DNA of 59,067 bases, filler included, from Jimgerdemannia flammicorona (lineage: Eukaryota): NCBI GenBank assembly GCA_003990765.1. It is 3 parts of 3 records of this genome, joined end to end, with 100 filler letters (N's around TTAATTAATTAA, not from the genome) between each part and the next. Parts side by side here need not be neighbours in the genome. Positions count along the whole stretch, not along the records: positions 19,727 to 39,348 come from RBNJ01001895.1; 2 more parts are not named here. One strand, written 5' to 3'. The position numbers and the translations under genes were made by a program. The notes below the pieces were generated by a model that worked only from the letters and a program-made list of their open reading frames with translations, did not search any database and was not told where the DNA came from. Below are positions 27,391 through 39,448 of this stretch, one piece after another (position 1 is the stretch's first letter; the number at the start of each line of letters is the position of its first letter).

Positions 27391-28822
27391 CTCTGCATGG
27401 GTCAACCTAAAAGAGTAACCAATGCAAAGTACTCACGAAGCGATTTCAGCGGTTGTTCAGAAGAGGGGGTGAGAAATTCGTTGGTGGACATTTCGACAGT
27501 TGGAGTCATGGCAACGGCAATTTGAAGGAAGGTTTCGTCTGTGGGAATCTCGTTGAAGGGATCTCAGCGGAGGGGTCTTGATTCTTGATGCGGAATGTCG
27601 CTGGGGTGTTTATGAACGGAGCTGCCTGTGGACATAATATGACTATAGCATTGGCTCACGGGTACCTGCAGCTTACCCGACCCGTGTCGATCACTGTTCA
27701 GCAGGGAGACCTTGGCGTCGACAATCTCGGTGGGGGTTTTCGTCATTGCAGTAGGTTGTCATTCGTGGGAACGAATGGCCACATGACTGTGAAATTCAAA
27801 CTGCTATATTTCATTAACAGTGCGCTCCTAACCACGTGAAGGGCAACTTACAAAGGACCACGCAAACAGACATACTATACGCAGGCTTCTCTACGTGGCC
27901 AGCCCGAGGCGCAGCTGCTCCTGCAACGTAGTCAGGCTGGGTACGAGCGCCATCGCTAAAAAAGGACGGAATTTGGTCTGCTAGATGATCACGCCGGAGG
28001 CGGCCACTTTATTACATCTCCCTGTTTTGTTAGTCATACTAAGCCACTGGAGGTAACATTTTAAAAGAGGCTTGGCTCAAATACGATACCTTTTTTTTTT
28101 TTTTCAAATACGATACCCTTCGTCAAACTTAGCCAACGTTCTCCAAAACGGATGGTTACGGCATCGCGGCCTCTCCGATTTGGACATATCAACCTTAAAA
28201 GAGTATGTCTGTATGTTACAACCAGGGCAGATACCAGAGAAAAATTCGTGATGTTGATGGCAGCGTCCATCATGGACTTTGTCAAAACGCAGGAGACATA
28301 GACTATAACTGAAAGCTCAAAAGATTGGGTCCTATTTCCGCGTGTCATGGTCAAGCGACGAGACAAGAGACGTAATGCGTTTAGACGCGTCCTGATTTTT
28401 TGGGACAACCATGACATAATGTGTGACAGCCGTGGCATGATTTACATGTATGGGAGATGTCAAGCCAGAATTATCCAATCTTCAGCAATCTACAATCGGA
28501 CCCGCACCATCACGTCCGATAATCGTGAGAGTACACTCAATCTTTAATTAACGGCAAGCAAGATTCTGCCCCTACAATTTGTGGATATGCCACCATGGTC
28601 ATGAGGCGCCGGGTCACCAGTTCACTTATGTAAATAGAAGGACCCTATACTCAACTTAGATTTAGGTTCATCGAAACAGGAATCGCGGTGCAAGGAATGG
28701 GATGAGCTCCGCCCAATGCAACAAATTTAATAATTCCCAGTTGCCATAAAGCCAACAGCTTCGCGCTCAATTCTGCCTTCGCTGGCTCTCTTTCACACTC
28801 CCCACCCCCCGAAACCACGACG

Positions 28823-31167
28823 ATGTCATCCGAGCAACGACAGTACTCGATACGGTCAAGCTTCTCCGTGAAGTACGACACCGAAGGCTGCTCCATCCCT
28901 ACAAATCCAGATTACATTGGTTGCTCAATCTGCGCGTTAAAGTCCCATTTCCGCAAGTACTGCCCCTTGAACCCCAGCCGCGTGGACCCCGAACAATATC
29001 CCGTAGCCATTGAGGTGCCGAACAACAGCCTCGTGGTGCCTACCAACAGCCTCGTGGAAGGACGAGGAATTTACATCATATATCAGTTCAGGGGCGACGA
29101 CTCAAATGCTGTCAAACACGGTCACGCCCAGATCGACACAGGCGCAGATACCGATTTCATGTCCTACACTACATGCTGCCGTCTCAGACTTCAAGATCGC
29201 CTGACCAACCACGACGGCTTGGGCTGCTCCTTACAACGTGCAGGCCGATACCATGGGCGCCTCGAAAACGTTCGTCTCTTTCTAGGAACCCCGGGCGCCG
29301 AGGAAGAGGTCGTGGTCATCTCACCCATGGTTCATGACCACCCAGATATTGATATCCTCATAGGGTGCCCCACCTGTGAAAATGAAGGCTGGATCCTTGC
29401 TCCTCGCGACAACACAATCAATGGTCCCAACAATCTTTACATCACCACATATCCCTCAGTAAACATCGTCAACCAGCAAATGGAAAAATTCTCCGACGCC
29501 GTAGGAACCCAAGATGAGCACCTCACCGATGAGCAGCAAGGAGCCGATCTCTACCCGGAAAATATCCCGTCGCCGATGCCTACGTCTATGCATGTAGCAT
29601 CACCAGATATGAATTATTTCAGTATGCCATTACAGCAAGTATCCCTCCTTGTGACGCCTTTTCCAGCGCTTCACGATCATATGCCGGCAATGGCAGAGTC
29701 AATCAGCGAAAATCCTATGGAAGATTTCAATGTCAGCATGCCGTTACGACCGGCGACCGCACCAGGAACCAATTCAACCATTGATACAACCACACATGGC
29801 AACGCACCTAATGGTGGAACATTGTCTCCCTTATATGGTTTTTTCGATGGTCACGATGTAGAAATGCAACATGTCCAAGATACGCAAGCCGCCATTTGTG
29901 TTCCAGATCCACAAAGCATCCCCCCTATGCCCAGTATGGCCACGCCATTGACCTCTTTGACCTGGTTCCCTCTTCAGCAATCGAGAGAGCTTTCTACTGT
30001 GTCACCCTACAATTCTATGTCGATTTTACAGCCACCGATTCTTCCGCCGGCCCAATTCGTATGGGACTTCGCTGCTGCGACTGGTGAGCTCAATCCCCCC
30101 TCAGAGATAGTCGAGGTTCATCGCCACCTTCCTTCTGACATGGACGCATCATCCCCAACGGTTCCTGTAACAATCCAACAGTATGGGTATGACCACTCGG
30201 TCTCCTCTATGTTCCATGAATGGAACATGAATCCTCCCAACAACAACGAGCTTATTTTTGTTCTGGAAAGCGGGTTGCCTTCCGTGGCCCAGCCGCGGCG
30301 CCCCCGACGGAACCAATCGACGACCTCACCGATACCCCCACCCTGCGATAGGTGCATCCAAAGTGGACAGGTCTGTGATCTCAGGTCGCCATGCACGAAA
30401 TGCCAGAGAATGGATCTGGAGTGCGTGCGCTCTCGGATGGCGTCCGTCATGAGAACTCTAAAGTTATTGTTTATAAGCCAATTCAAGTGTTTATTGGATG
30501 AGTGCCTCCTCGGGGTGGCAAGGTCAAGGGAGTTCGATAGCCTTCAGCAATATTTCGTACCGGGCTTCACCGACGACGTGGAGATGCAGGGTAAGTTACG
30601 TGCCATATTTTGGTGATATTGTAGGTGATACAATGGATCTCTGCTGATATTTTATTGTACTATGTCCGGCCATTCACAGGTTTAAGAGGAGCTAGTGATG
30701 AAGTACTCATCGCCACTGCATCCGCTCCGAACTGCGGGCGTACGATAATCACAAAAGACCCGGACTTCCTCAATACGCCACCGAACCGAAAGGGTACCAT
30801 AATTTTAAGAGGAAGCATGCGGGTGGACCAAAGGTGTGTTCCAGTGTCCATGTGTAGGTTGCGTAACGAACTATTGTATCCTGCTATTCTTTGCCTGTTT
30901 CAGAATTATGCAAATGAACTGGAGAGGTGAGTATTTAATACCGCCTTAGCGTCGCTGCGCCCTCCAAAAAAAATCGCGTAACTAACAGAAATGGCCACCA
31001 TAACGATTGTTAGAGTGTATCATCAAGGGATTTGCCAATTTGCGACTATCTCTGGCGAGATGATCGACGGTAAAGCCAACGTAACCTGGAAATTCCAAGA
31101 CCCTACAGACAAGGAGTTGGCATACGTCAGGCGAAGAGCGGAAGGCCGATATACAGAAGTTTGTTGA
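28823..31167 (+). CDS. CCHC knuckle - retropepsin-like aspartyl protease - low-complexity linker - Zn2Cys6 - DUF5615/Mut7-C-like PIN fusion protein, copy 1; predicted exons 28823-30590, 30680-30833, 30904-30926, 30989-31167
   Basis: CSICALKSHFRKYC (Cx2Cx4Hx4C); HAQIDTGADTDFMS...DILIG; CDRCx6Cx5CTKCx6C; after GT-AG splicing LLDECL...GLRGASDEVLIATA...GRTIITKDPDF...GTIILR; the four exons join in frame to TGA at 31165. Confidence 0.85.
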
Positions 31168-33419
31168 ACAGAAAACCAGTAAACAGAAGGTCAATGAGTG
31201 GGTCGTTGCCCAAACCTGAAATCCGTTTCTGTAATATTACATCTAAGACTTGACATGGTTGAATGAACGTATTCGTTGTTTTGCAAGCTCGCTATTCTTC
31301 TAAAATTATTTATCTTCTATTATATTTATTGAATTTATATCTTTCCTTTTTTTTTTTTTTGTGGGAGGTTTTGCATAAAGCACATATTAATTAGCAAGTG
31401 AACATAATTACCAACCTCGTTCTTCGTACGACCTGACATGGTGGAGCAAAGATCTTTCCAAGTGATATACACACCCACCAGAGTCTACCATACCTTTTGG
31501 AATCCCGTTGTCCGCTTCCGACGGTGTTTCGTCGGGAACTCATTAAATCATAAAGATTTTGTACCGACTCCTTAACCGAACAGTTGCAGCGCTGTGACGA
31601 CATAGAGAAAAATAAAATAACAATTCAGCGCTGTGATCACAGCTCAGGTGGTAGCAAGGATGCGATTCCAGCGTTCAGTCTGTAAGTTCAATCTAGCCAT
31701 TCAATTTCCACGAAGTAGTTAGGTCAATATGGAGTTCCTATATTTGAAGAGATTTACGTGAGCTTCGACCGACTTTGCTTCTGGGACGGTTTATATGTAT
31801 ATATATATGTGTGGAAATTGCATATGGGTGATTCAGGAAATGAAAGCCTCTGACGCAGTGAACACCGTTGGTCCAGAAGATTGATAATCAGCTGCCGAAT
31901 TCGGACTAAGTTTTGGTTTCTATGTACATATGATTTTCTTGATGGAAGGTTGTGACCAATGAACAAGGGCAACAAGCCAATCGTTGCGAAAAGGGGAGAA
32001 TGCAACAACTCAAAAAAAAAAAAAAAAAAAAAAAAAGAACGGAAATACTGTTTAAGTAATGAACTATGTGCAGCCGCCACTATCGTGACATCGGACTAGG
32101 GCAAATCAGGCCCCTGGTTCGTGACGCGTGTCTGGTTTATGCGCCACTCGATTCGCACAAACAAGCCAAACAAGGCCACATATTGTGGCACCGAACTTTA
32201 CAAGGTTTGTAGTCACGTGAAGCTCATAGGGTGCTTTCATAAAAAAAGTATCCAGGTTCCAGGAGATCACGTCACATGTCGCTAGGAGCTCTACACTCAT
32301 TCGAGGTCAAATTGCCTCGCGTGACATAAAGCAGACAATAATAACAATTCTGTGAGTGTGAATATATGTATGATCTCGGCCTCTTTCTGTATATACATAA
32401 ACCGCGTGACATAAATCAATGCCGTGCATGTGAAGATGTCATGATATGTATGTCCCACCCATGCCTTTCCATATACATACTCTTGGGAGGTTTCTTTCCA
32501 CGTCAACGCAGTTCGTTGGACGGGGTTCCGAAAACGGAGTTTTATTCCGAGGTCACACCTTCATTCATTTATTAATAAAAACAAAAGGGTCTTCTGATCA
32601 AACAAAGTGACACAGTACACCCATTGAGTGACCTACGCCATGCTCGCAATCAGTGGGTCACCGGGCACATATACTCTTGTACGATCGCTCAATGGAAATT
32701 ACAGAGTCACATATTAATTACATATTACATAATTACAAGCAGTTTGATGTTCTAAAATAAATTGCGGCATCCACAAATATTCCAACCCAACAATCTACGC
32801 CTTTTTTTCAACATTTCAGAAACAACATGTGTCTCGCGTTACCAAAAACAGAGTTTCACTGCCAGGCCCCCCAAGCTAACAAGAGCGCTGATGGAGAGGC
32901 AGAATGGTCTGGGCGCGAGCTACCAACTTTACTCAAATACGCTCCAGATCCCTTAATGATTTCTGGAGCTGCGGCCTAACTTGGCGGCCAATTGCTACAT
33001 AATCTATAAGAACAACCCTCAACGTGAGCAAAATAAAGAGAACCGAGCCGAGCGCCAGGGTGATAGAGAAAAGGCAGAGATCGAGCATCAACTGCGCCGT
33101 GCGACAAAGTTTGGTCTGGTCACGAAATAGCTACACGATATTGACCCCGAGCTTTCCGACATATAACAGTCCTCTCGAAAGAAGCAACCCAACACCTTAC
33201 GTCCATTATGAATGCAATCTCGGAATTCCATCGTGAAAATTTTTGGGACATTTGGGATGCATCCCCAGACGACAATGCAGATGTCGTAGATGAGCTCGCC
33301 CATAAATGTACACTCAAACCCCTTTTTATTATACAATACTATAATAAATATTACAGATAAAAAATAAATGGAATAAGACTATAACCAAAGCCAATTCACT
33401 TGTAAATTAGTCGGAAGAT

Positions 33420-34310
33420 GGATGACGGACGACTGATGACGACGGACGTCGGACGATGGGCGATGAACAACGGATGATTAAACTCAGAACGATGAACGGC
33501 GGCTAAGCACAGAATGGCGATGAACGACGACTGAGTCCAGAACGATGACTAAGCACAGGACGGCGATGAACGACAACCAAGCACGGAACGGCGAAGATGG
33601 TGATGATAGACTAAGTACAGAACAGTGATGAACGACGACCTAGCGCAGAATGGCGATAACGACGACGGATTAATTACAGAACAGCGATGAACGACGACAA
33701 GCGCAGAACAGATATGAACGATGACGAAACGCAGAACGACGATGACGATGACGACGACGACGACAACAACGACGACGGACTTAGTGCAGAACAGCGGTAA
33801 ATGACGACTAAGTACAGAACAGCGATAAACAACGACCGAGCGCAGAACGGCGGTGACGACGATGACGACGACGACGACGACGGACTAAGTGCAGAACAGC
33901 GATGAACGACGACCAAGTACAGAACAGTGATAAACGTCGACCAAGCGTAGAACGGCGATGACGACGATGGACTAAGTGCAGAACAGCGATGAACGACGAC
34001 CAAGCGCAGAATGGCGATGGTGACGATGACAACAACGGACTAAGTGCAGAACAGCAATGAACGACGACTAAGTGAAGGACAGCAATGAACAATGACCAAG
34101 TACAGAATGGTGATGAACGACAATTAAGCACAAATAGCAATAAATGAAGGCTAAGGGCAGAACGATGATGACGACTAAGTACAGAATGACAATGAACGAC
34201 AACTTAGCACAGGACATCAATGGCGCAGAATGGCGATGACGTTGACAACGGACGATGGATGATGGATAAGCACAGAACAATGACAACGATTAAGCGCATA
34301 ATAATGATGA
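33420..34310. repeat. Expanded ~27-30 bp minisatellite with (gac)n tracts upstream of gene copy 2
   Basis: Many iterations of ctaag(t/c)(a/g)cagaacagcgatgaacgacgac. Confidence 0.9.
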
Positions 34311-35412
34311 TAGCCCTCTTAATGAGTCAACCTAGAAGCCCACCAACTACTGCGAATACTGGTCGTGGGCAGTACGAATCTCGTCAGTGTGAATAACAGC
34401 AGTGGGAATTGGTAGTACAAATCTTCTTGAAGGGAGTTTTCGTCTCGGGAATCTCGTTGAATGATTCTTAGCGGATCGTCTGGGTGTTTGTGAACGAGCT
34501 ACCCGTGGACAAAATAGGCCTATATAACATTGCCTCACGAGTACCTGAAGCTTACCCAACCCGTGCCGAGCACTGTGGAGTGCGTTCACCTTGGCGTCGA
34601 CAATCTCAGTAGTAGGAACGCATGGTTGCACAAACCTAAAAAAGGACGCGTTTATCAAACACATGTGGTCTTTTCGTGAAAGGAAATGCACCTTGCCGAC
34701 GTTCTCTAAAACGATACCCTTCGTCAATGCTTCGCCTTTACGCTGAACTTATCCAACTTTCTCCAAAACAGAGACTTTGCCGATGGTTACGGCATAGCGG
34801 CCTCCCCAATTTGGACATGTCAACCTTAAAAGAGTGTGTCAGCATGATATCCGCCAGTGACGTTGATGGCAGCGTCCCATCACGGACTTTGTCGAGACGC
34901 AGGAGGAAGAGGCGTAGACATAGACTCTAAGCGAAAGCTCAAAGGTTGGCGTGTCATGGTGTTAAGAGACAAGAGACATAACGCGTTTAGACGTGGTACC
35001 CCTGAAGCGACTTGAGCGAACTTGATTCACCAGCGCACGGGGCTTTGAAACAGTCACCGGCTTCAATCTAAATTGGGCCTTTCGCGTCCTGATTTGTAAC
35101 AAAGCATTTTGGGTTATGTATATATATAGGGAGGACCAAATTAGATATGGGTCCATCAAAACAGGTACCGTGGTGTTAGGAATGGGATGAGTTCCGCCCA
35201 ATGCAACAAACTTAATAATTCTCAAGTTGCCATAAAGCCAATAGCTTCGCGCTCAATTCTGCTTTCATTGACTCTCCTTCACACTCCCCCCCCCAAAAAA
35301 AAAACAAAAAACAAAAAACAAAAAACAAAAAACAAAAAACAAAAAACAAAAAACAAAAACCACGACGACGTCATCCGAACAACGACAGTACTCGACACGG
35401 CCAAACGTCTCC

Positions 35413-37462
35413 ATGAAGTACGACACCGAAGGCCGCTCCATCCCTACGAATCCAGGTTACATCGGTTGCTCAATCTGCACGTTAAAGTCTCATTTCCGCA
35501 AGCACTGCCCCTTGAACCCCAACCGCGTGGACCCCGAACAATATCCCGTAGTTCCGACCAACAACCTCGTGGTGCCGACAAACAACCTCGTGGAAGGACG
35601 AGGAATTTACATCATATATCAGTTCAGAGGCGGTGACTCAAATGCTGTCAACGGTCACGCCCAGATCGACACAGGCGCAGACACCGATTTCATGTCCTAC
35701 ACTACATGCTGCCGTCTCAGACTTCAAGACCGCCTGACCAACCACGACGGCTTGGGCTGCTCCTTACAACGTGCAGGCCAATACCGTGGGCGCCTCGAAA
35801 ACATTCGTCTCTTTCTGGGAACCCCGGGCGCCGAGGAAGAGGTTGTGGTCATCTCACCCATGGTTCACGACCACCCAGATATTGATATCCTCATAGGGTG
35901 CCCCACCTGTGAAAACGAAGGCTGGATCCTTGCTCCTCGTGACAACACAATCAAAGGTCCCAACAATCTTTACATCACCACATATCCCTCAGTAAACATT
36001 GTCAACCAGCAAATGGAAAAATTCTCCGAAGTCGTAGGAACCCAAGATGAGTACCTTACCGATGAGCAGCAAGGAGCCGATCTCTACCCGGAAAATATCC
36101 CGTCGCCGATGCCTGTGTCTGCGTATGTAGCATCACCTGCAGACATGAATTATTTCAGTATGCCATTACAGCAAGTATCCCCCCTGGTGTCGCCTTTTCT
36201 AGCGCTTCACAACCACATGCCGGTAATGCCAGAGTCAATCAGCGAAAATACTATGGAAGATTTCAATATCAGCTTGCCGTTACGACCGGCGACCGCACCA
36301 GGAACCAGTTCAATCATTGATACAACCGAACATGGCGACGCACCTAATGGTGGAACATTGTCTCCCTTGTATGGTGTTTTCGATGGTCACGATGTAGAAA
36401 TGCAACATGTCCAAGATACGCATGCCGCCATTTATATTCCAGATTTGCAAAACATCCCCCCTATGCCCAGTATGGCCGTGCCATTGACCTCTTTGACCTG
36501 GCTCTCTCTTCAGCAATCGATGGAGCTTTCTACTGCATCATCCTACAATTCTATGTCGATTTTACAGTCACCGATGCATCCTCCGGCCCTATCCGTATGG
36601 GACTTTGCTGCAGCGACCGGTGAGCTCGATCCCCCCTCAGAGATGGTCGAGGTTCATCGCCACCTTCCTTCTGACATGAACGCATCATACCCAACGGTTC
36701 CTGCAGCTGCCCAACAGCATGGTGACGACTCGGTCTCCTCTATGTTCCATGTTTGGAACACGAATCCTTCCGACAACAACGAACTTATTTTTGTTCTGGA
36801 AAGCGGGTTGCCTTCCGTGGTCCAGCCGCAGCGTCCCCGACGGAACCAATCGACGACCTCACCGATACCCCCACCCTGCGATAGGTGCATCCGAAGTGGA
36901 CAGGTCTGTGATCTCGGGTTGCCATGCATGAAATGCGAGAGAATGGATCTGGAGTGCGTGCGCTCTCGGATGGCGTCCGTCATGAGAACTCTAAAGTTAT
37001 TGTTTATAAGCCCGTTCAAGTGCTTATTGGATGAGTGCCTCCTCGGGGTGGCGAGGTCAAAGGAGTTCGACCGCCTTCAGCAATATTTCGTACCGGGCTT
37101 CACCGACGACGTGGAGATGCAGGGTAAGTTACGTACTATATTTTACGAGATTGGAGGTGATACAATGGATCTCTGCTGATATTTTATTGTACTACGTCCG
37201 GCCATTCACAGGGTTAAGAGGAGCTAGTGATGAAGTACTCATCGCCACTGCATCCGCTCCGAACTGCGAGCGCACGATAATCACAAAAGACCGGGACTTC
37301 CTCAATACACCACCGAACCGAAAGGGTACCATAATTTTAAGAGGAAGCATGCGGGTGGACCAAAGATGTGTTCCCGTGTCCATGTGCAGGTTGCGTAACG
37401 AACTATTGTATCCTGCTATTCTTTGTCTGTTTCAGAATTATGTAAACGAACTGGAGAGGTGA
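35413..37462 (+). CDS. Copy 2 of the knuckle-protease-Zn2Cys6-PIN gene with an altered or possibly decaying 3' end; exon 1 35413-37123, exon 2 from 37212
   Basis: Highly similar paralogue; intron 2 donor GT->AT at 37366, CAA->TAA at 37443 in exon 3, 10-bp deletion in exon 4; original ATG is ACG, with a new ATG at 35413. Confidence 0.75.
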
Positions 37463-38626
37463 GTGTTTAATACCGCCTTAGCGTCGCTGCGCCTCCAAAA
37501 AAATCGCGTAACTAACAGAAATGGCCACCATAACAACGATTGTTAGAGTGTATCATCAAGGGATTTGCCAATTTGCGACTATCTCTGGCGAGATGATCGA
37601 CGGTAAAGCCAATGTAACCTGGAAATTCCAAGACCCTACAGACAAGGATTTGGCGAAGAGCGGAATGCCGATATACAGAAGTTTGTTGAACAAAAAACCA
37701 GTGAACAGAAAGTCAATGAGTGGGTTGTTGCCCAAACCTGAAACCCGTTTCTGTAATGTTACATCGGAGTCTTGATTTGGTCGAATGAATGTATTCGTTA
37801 TTTTTTCTTCTTCTGAAATTATTTACATTCTTTTATATTTATTGATTTTATTATCTCTCCATTTTTTATTTTTTGTTTTTTTTTTTTGGAGGAGGTTTTG
37901 CATGAAACATGCAAGTGAATTGATTTTCATTGTCGAACATTCCAACCTTGTTCTTCGTACAACCTGACACGGTGGAGCAAAGATCTTTTCCAAGTGACAT
38001 ACACGGTCACCAGAGTCTACCATACCTTTTGGATTTCCCCCAACATCCTCTGTCCAATCGGGTTGTCCGCTTCCGGCGGTGTTTCGTTGGGCTCATTAAA
38101 TCATAAAGGGTTTTGTACCGATTGAAAATAAAAATAATAAATCAGCGCTGTAATCACAGCTCAGGTTGTAGCAATCTAGCACCATCGAACACAGTGCCAT
38201 ACACGGAGCAATACCAAAACCAACGCATAACCCTTATCACAAAATCTTTTGAGTACCAGTGAGTACCTGCGCCATACATGATGCTGCTCCTTCCGGATAA
38301 ATTTTTGTGGAATATGAAGTTCCAATAATCGCCTCACACGCTGTCATCGAATTGCTATATTTGAAGAGATTTACGCGAGTATCCACAATAGATTTACGGG
38401 CTTTGCCTTTTTTAAGTTTGCTTTATCCGTATGTGGAAAATGCACGAGTGATTCAGGAAATGAAAGCTGATACCGTTGGTCCTAGCCGTTTTGGAAGATT
38501 GACAATCCGCTGCCGAAATTGGACTAAAGGTTTTGGTTTCTATGCGCATATGATTTTCTTGACGGGAGGTGAATAACGAACAAGGCAACAAACCAATCGT
38601 TGCGAAAAGAGGAGAGTGCAACAAAT

Positions 38627-38707
<81 letters not shown>

Positions 38708-38799
38708 AGCATAATAAGGTCATGGGCTGAATGAAGGAAGGCAGACAAAATGGCTGTGAAATTAGATATCTGCCAGTCAGATAGATAATTACACCCAGA

Positions 38800-39004
38800 T
38801 AGTGCTCGGAATGAATCCAAATTCGATTTGAAAATTTTTAAAATTCAACTACTCAACCAAAATAGGTTCAAATTTAATGAATTTTAGCTTGTTGGATTCA
38901 CCTTATATAGGGCATGTTTCCATCGAGGAATCATATTTCAAAGTTTGAAAAAAAAAAAAAAAAAAAAAAAATTCGAATTCGATTCGATTCTTTTGGGAGC
39001 ACTA
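38800..39004. mobile_element. ~200-bp MITE-like repeat
   Basis: Terminal inverted TAGTGCTC...GAGCACTA with ttcga-rich subterminal repeats; related decayed ends near 14690 and 26085; TSD not evident. Confidence 0.55.
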
Positions 39005-39348
39005 CAGGTACCAGAAAATTTCATGATGTTGATAGCAGCGTCCCATCACGGATTTCGTCACTTCGAGATACAGGAGGAAGAGGTGTAGACGTATGTCCGC
39101 GTGTCATGGTGATAAGATACAAGACGTGACGCGTTTGACGCGCCAAATTTCCCCCTTCGTTCGGATCAGGGTTACAGGTGGCATCACGAGGCTTGATGAG
39201 ATAATGGGAGATGTCAAGCCAGCAGCATCTAATCTTTTATCAATCTCGGACGATCTGCGATTTTGCTCACGCAACAATCATTTTGCACACTGCACTTTCG
39301 AAATGGACTACAAGCGGCACGATGATACTTGTTTCTTTTTTTTTTTTT

Positions 39349-39448
39349 NNNNNNNNNNNNNNNNNNNNNNNNNNNNNNNNNNNNNNNNNNNNTTAATTAA
39401 TTAANNNNNNNNNNNNNNNNNNNNNNNNNNNNNNNNNNNNNNNNNNNN
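39349..39448. other. Assembly gap with TTAATTAATTAA spacer
   Basis: N run with linker. Confidence 0.97.

Noticed and set aside
30118..30486. Antisense ORFs conserved in both gene copies (also 36654-37019)
   Set aside because: Shadow frames of the sense CDS, conserved only through the duplication
33420..34310. Repeat-spacer-like pattern and Ser-rich minus-strand ORFs
   Set aside because: Degenerate minisatellite; the ORFs are by-products of the repeat
28823..37462. Knuckle + protease read as an LTR retrotransposon gag-pol
   Set aside because: No RT, RNaseH, integrase or LTRs; has spliceosomal introns and retains CpG unlike the local TEs
38412..38820. Poly-Phe ORFs (also 31754-32080) and Lys-rich ORF 35187-35636
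   Set aside because: Translations of poly(A) or (caaaaaa)n tracts
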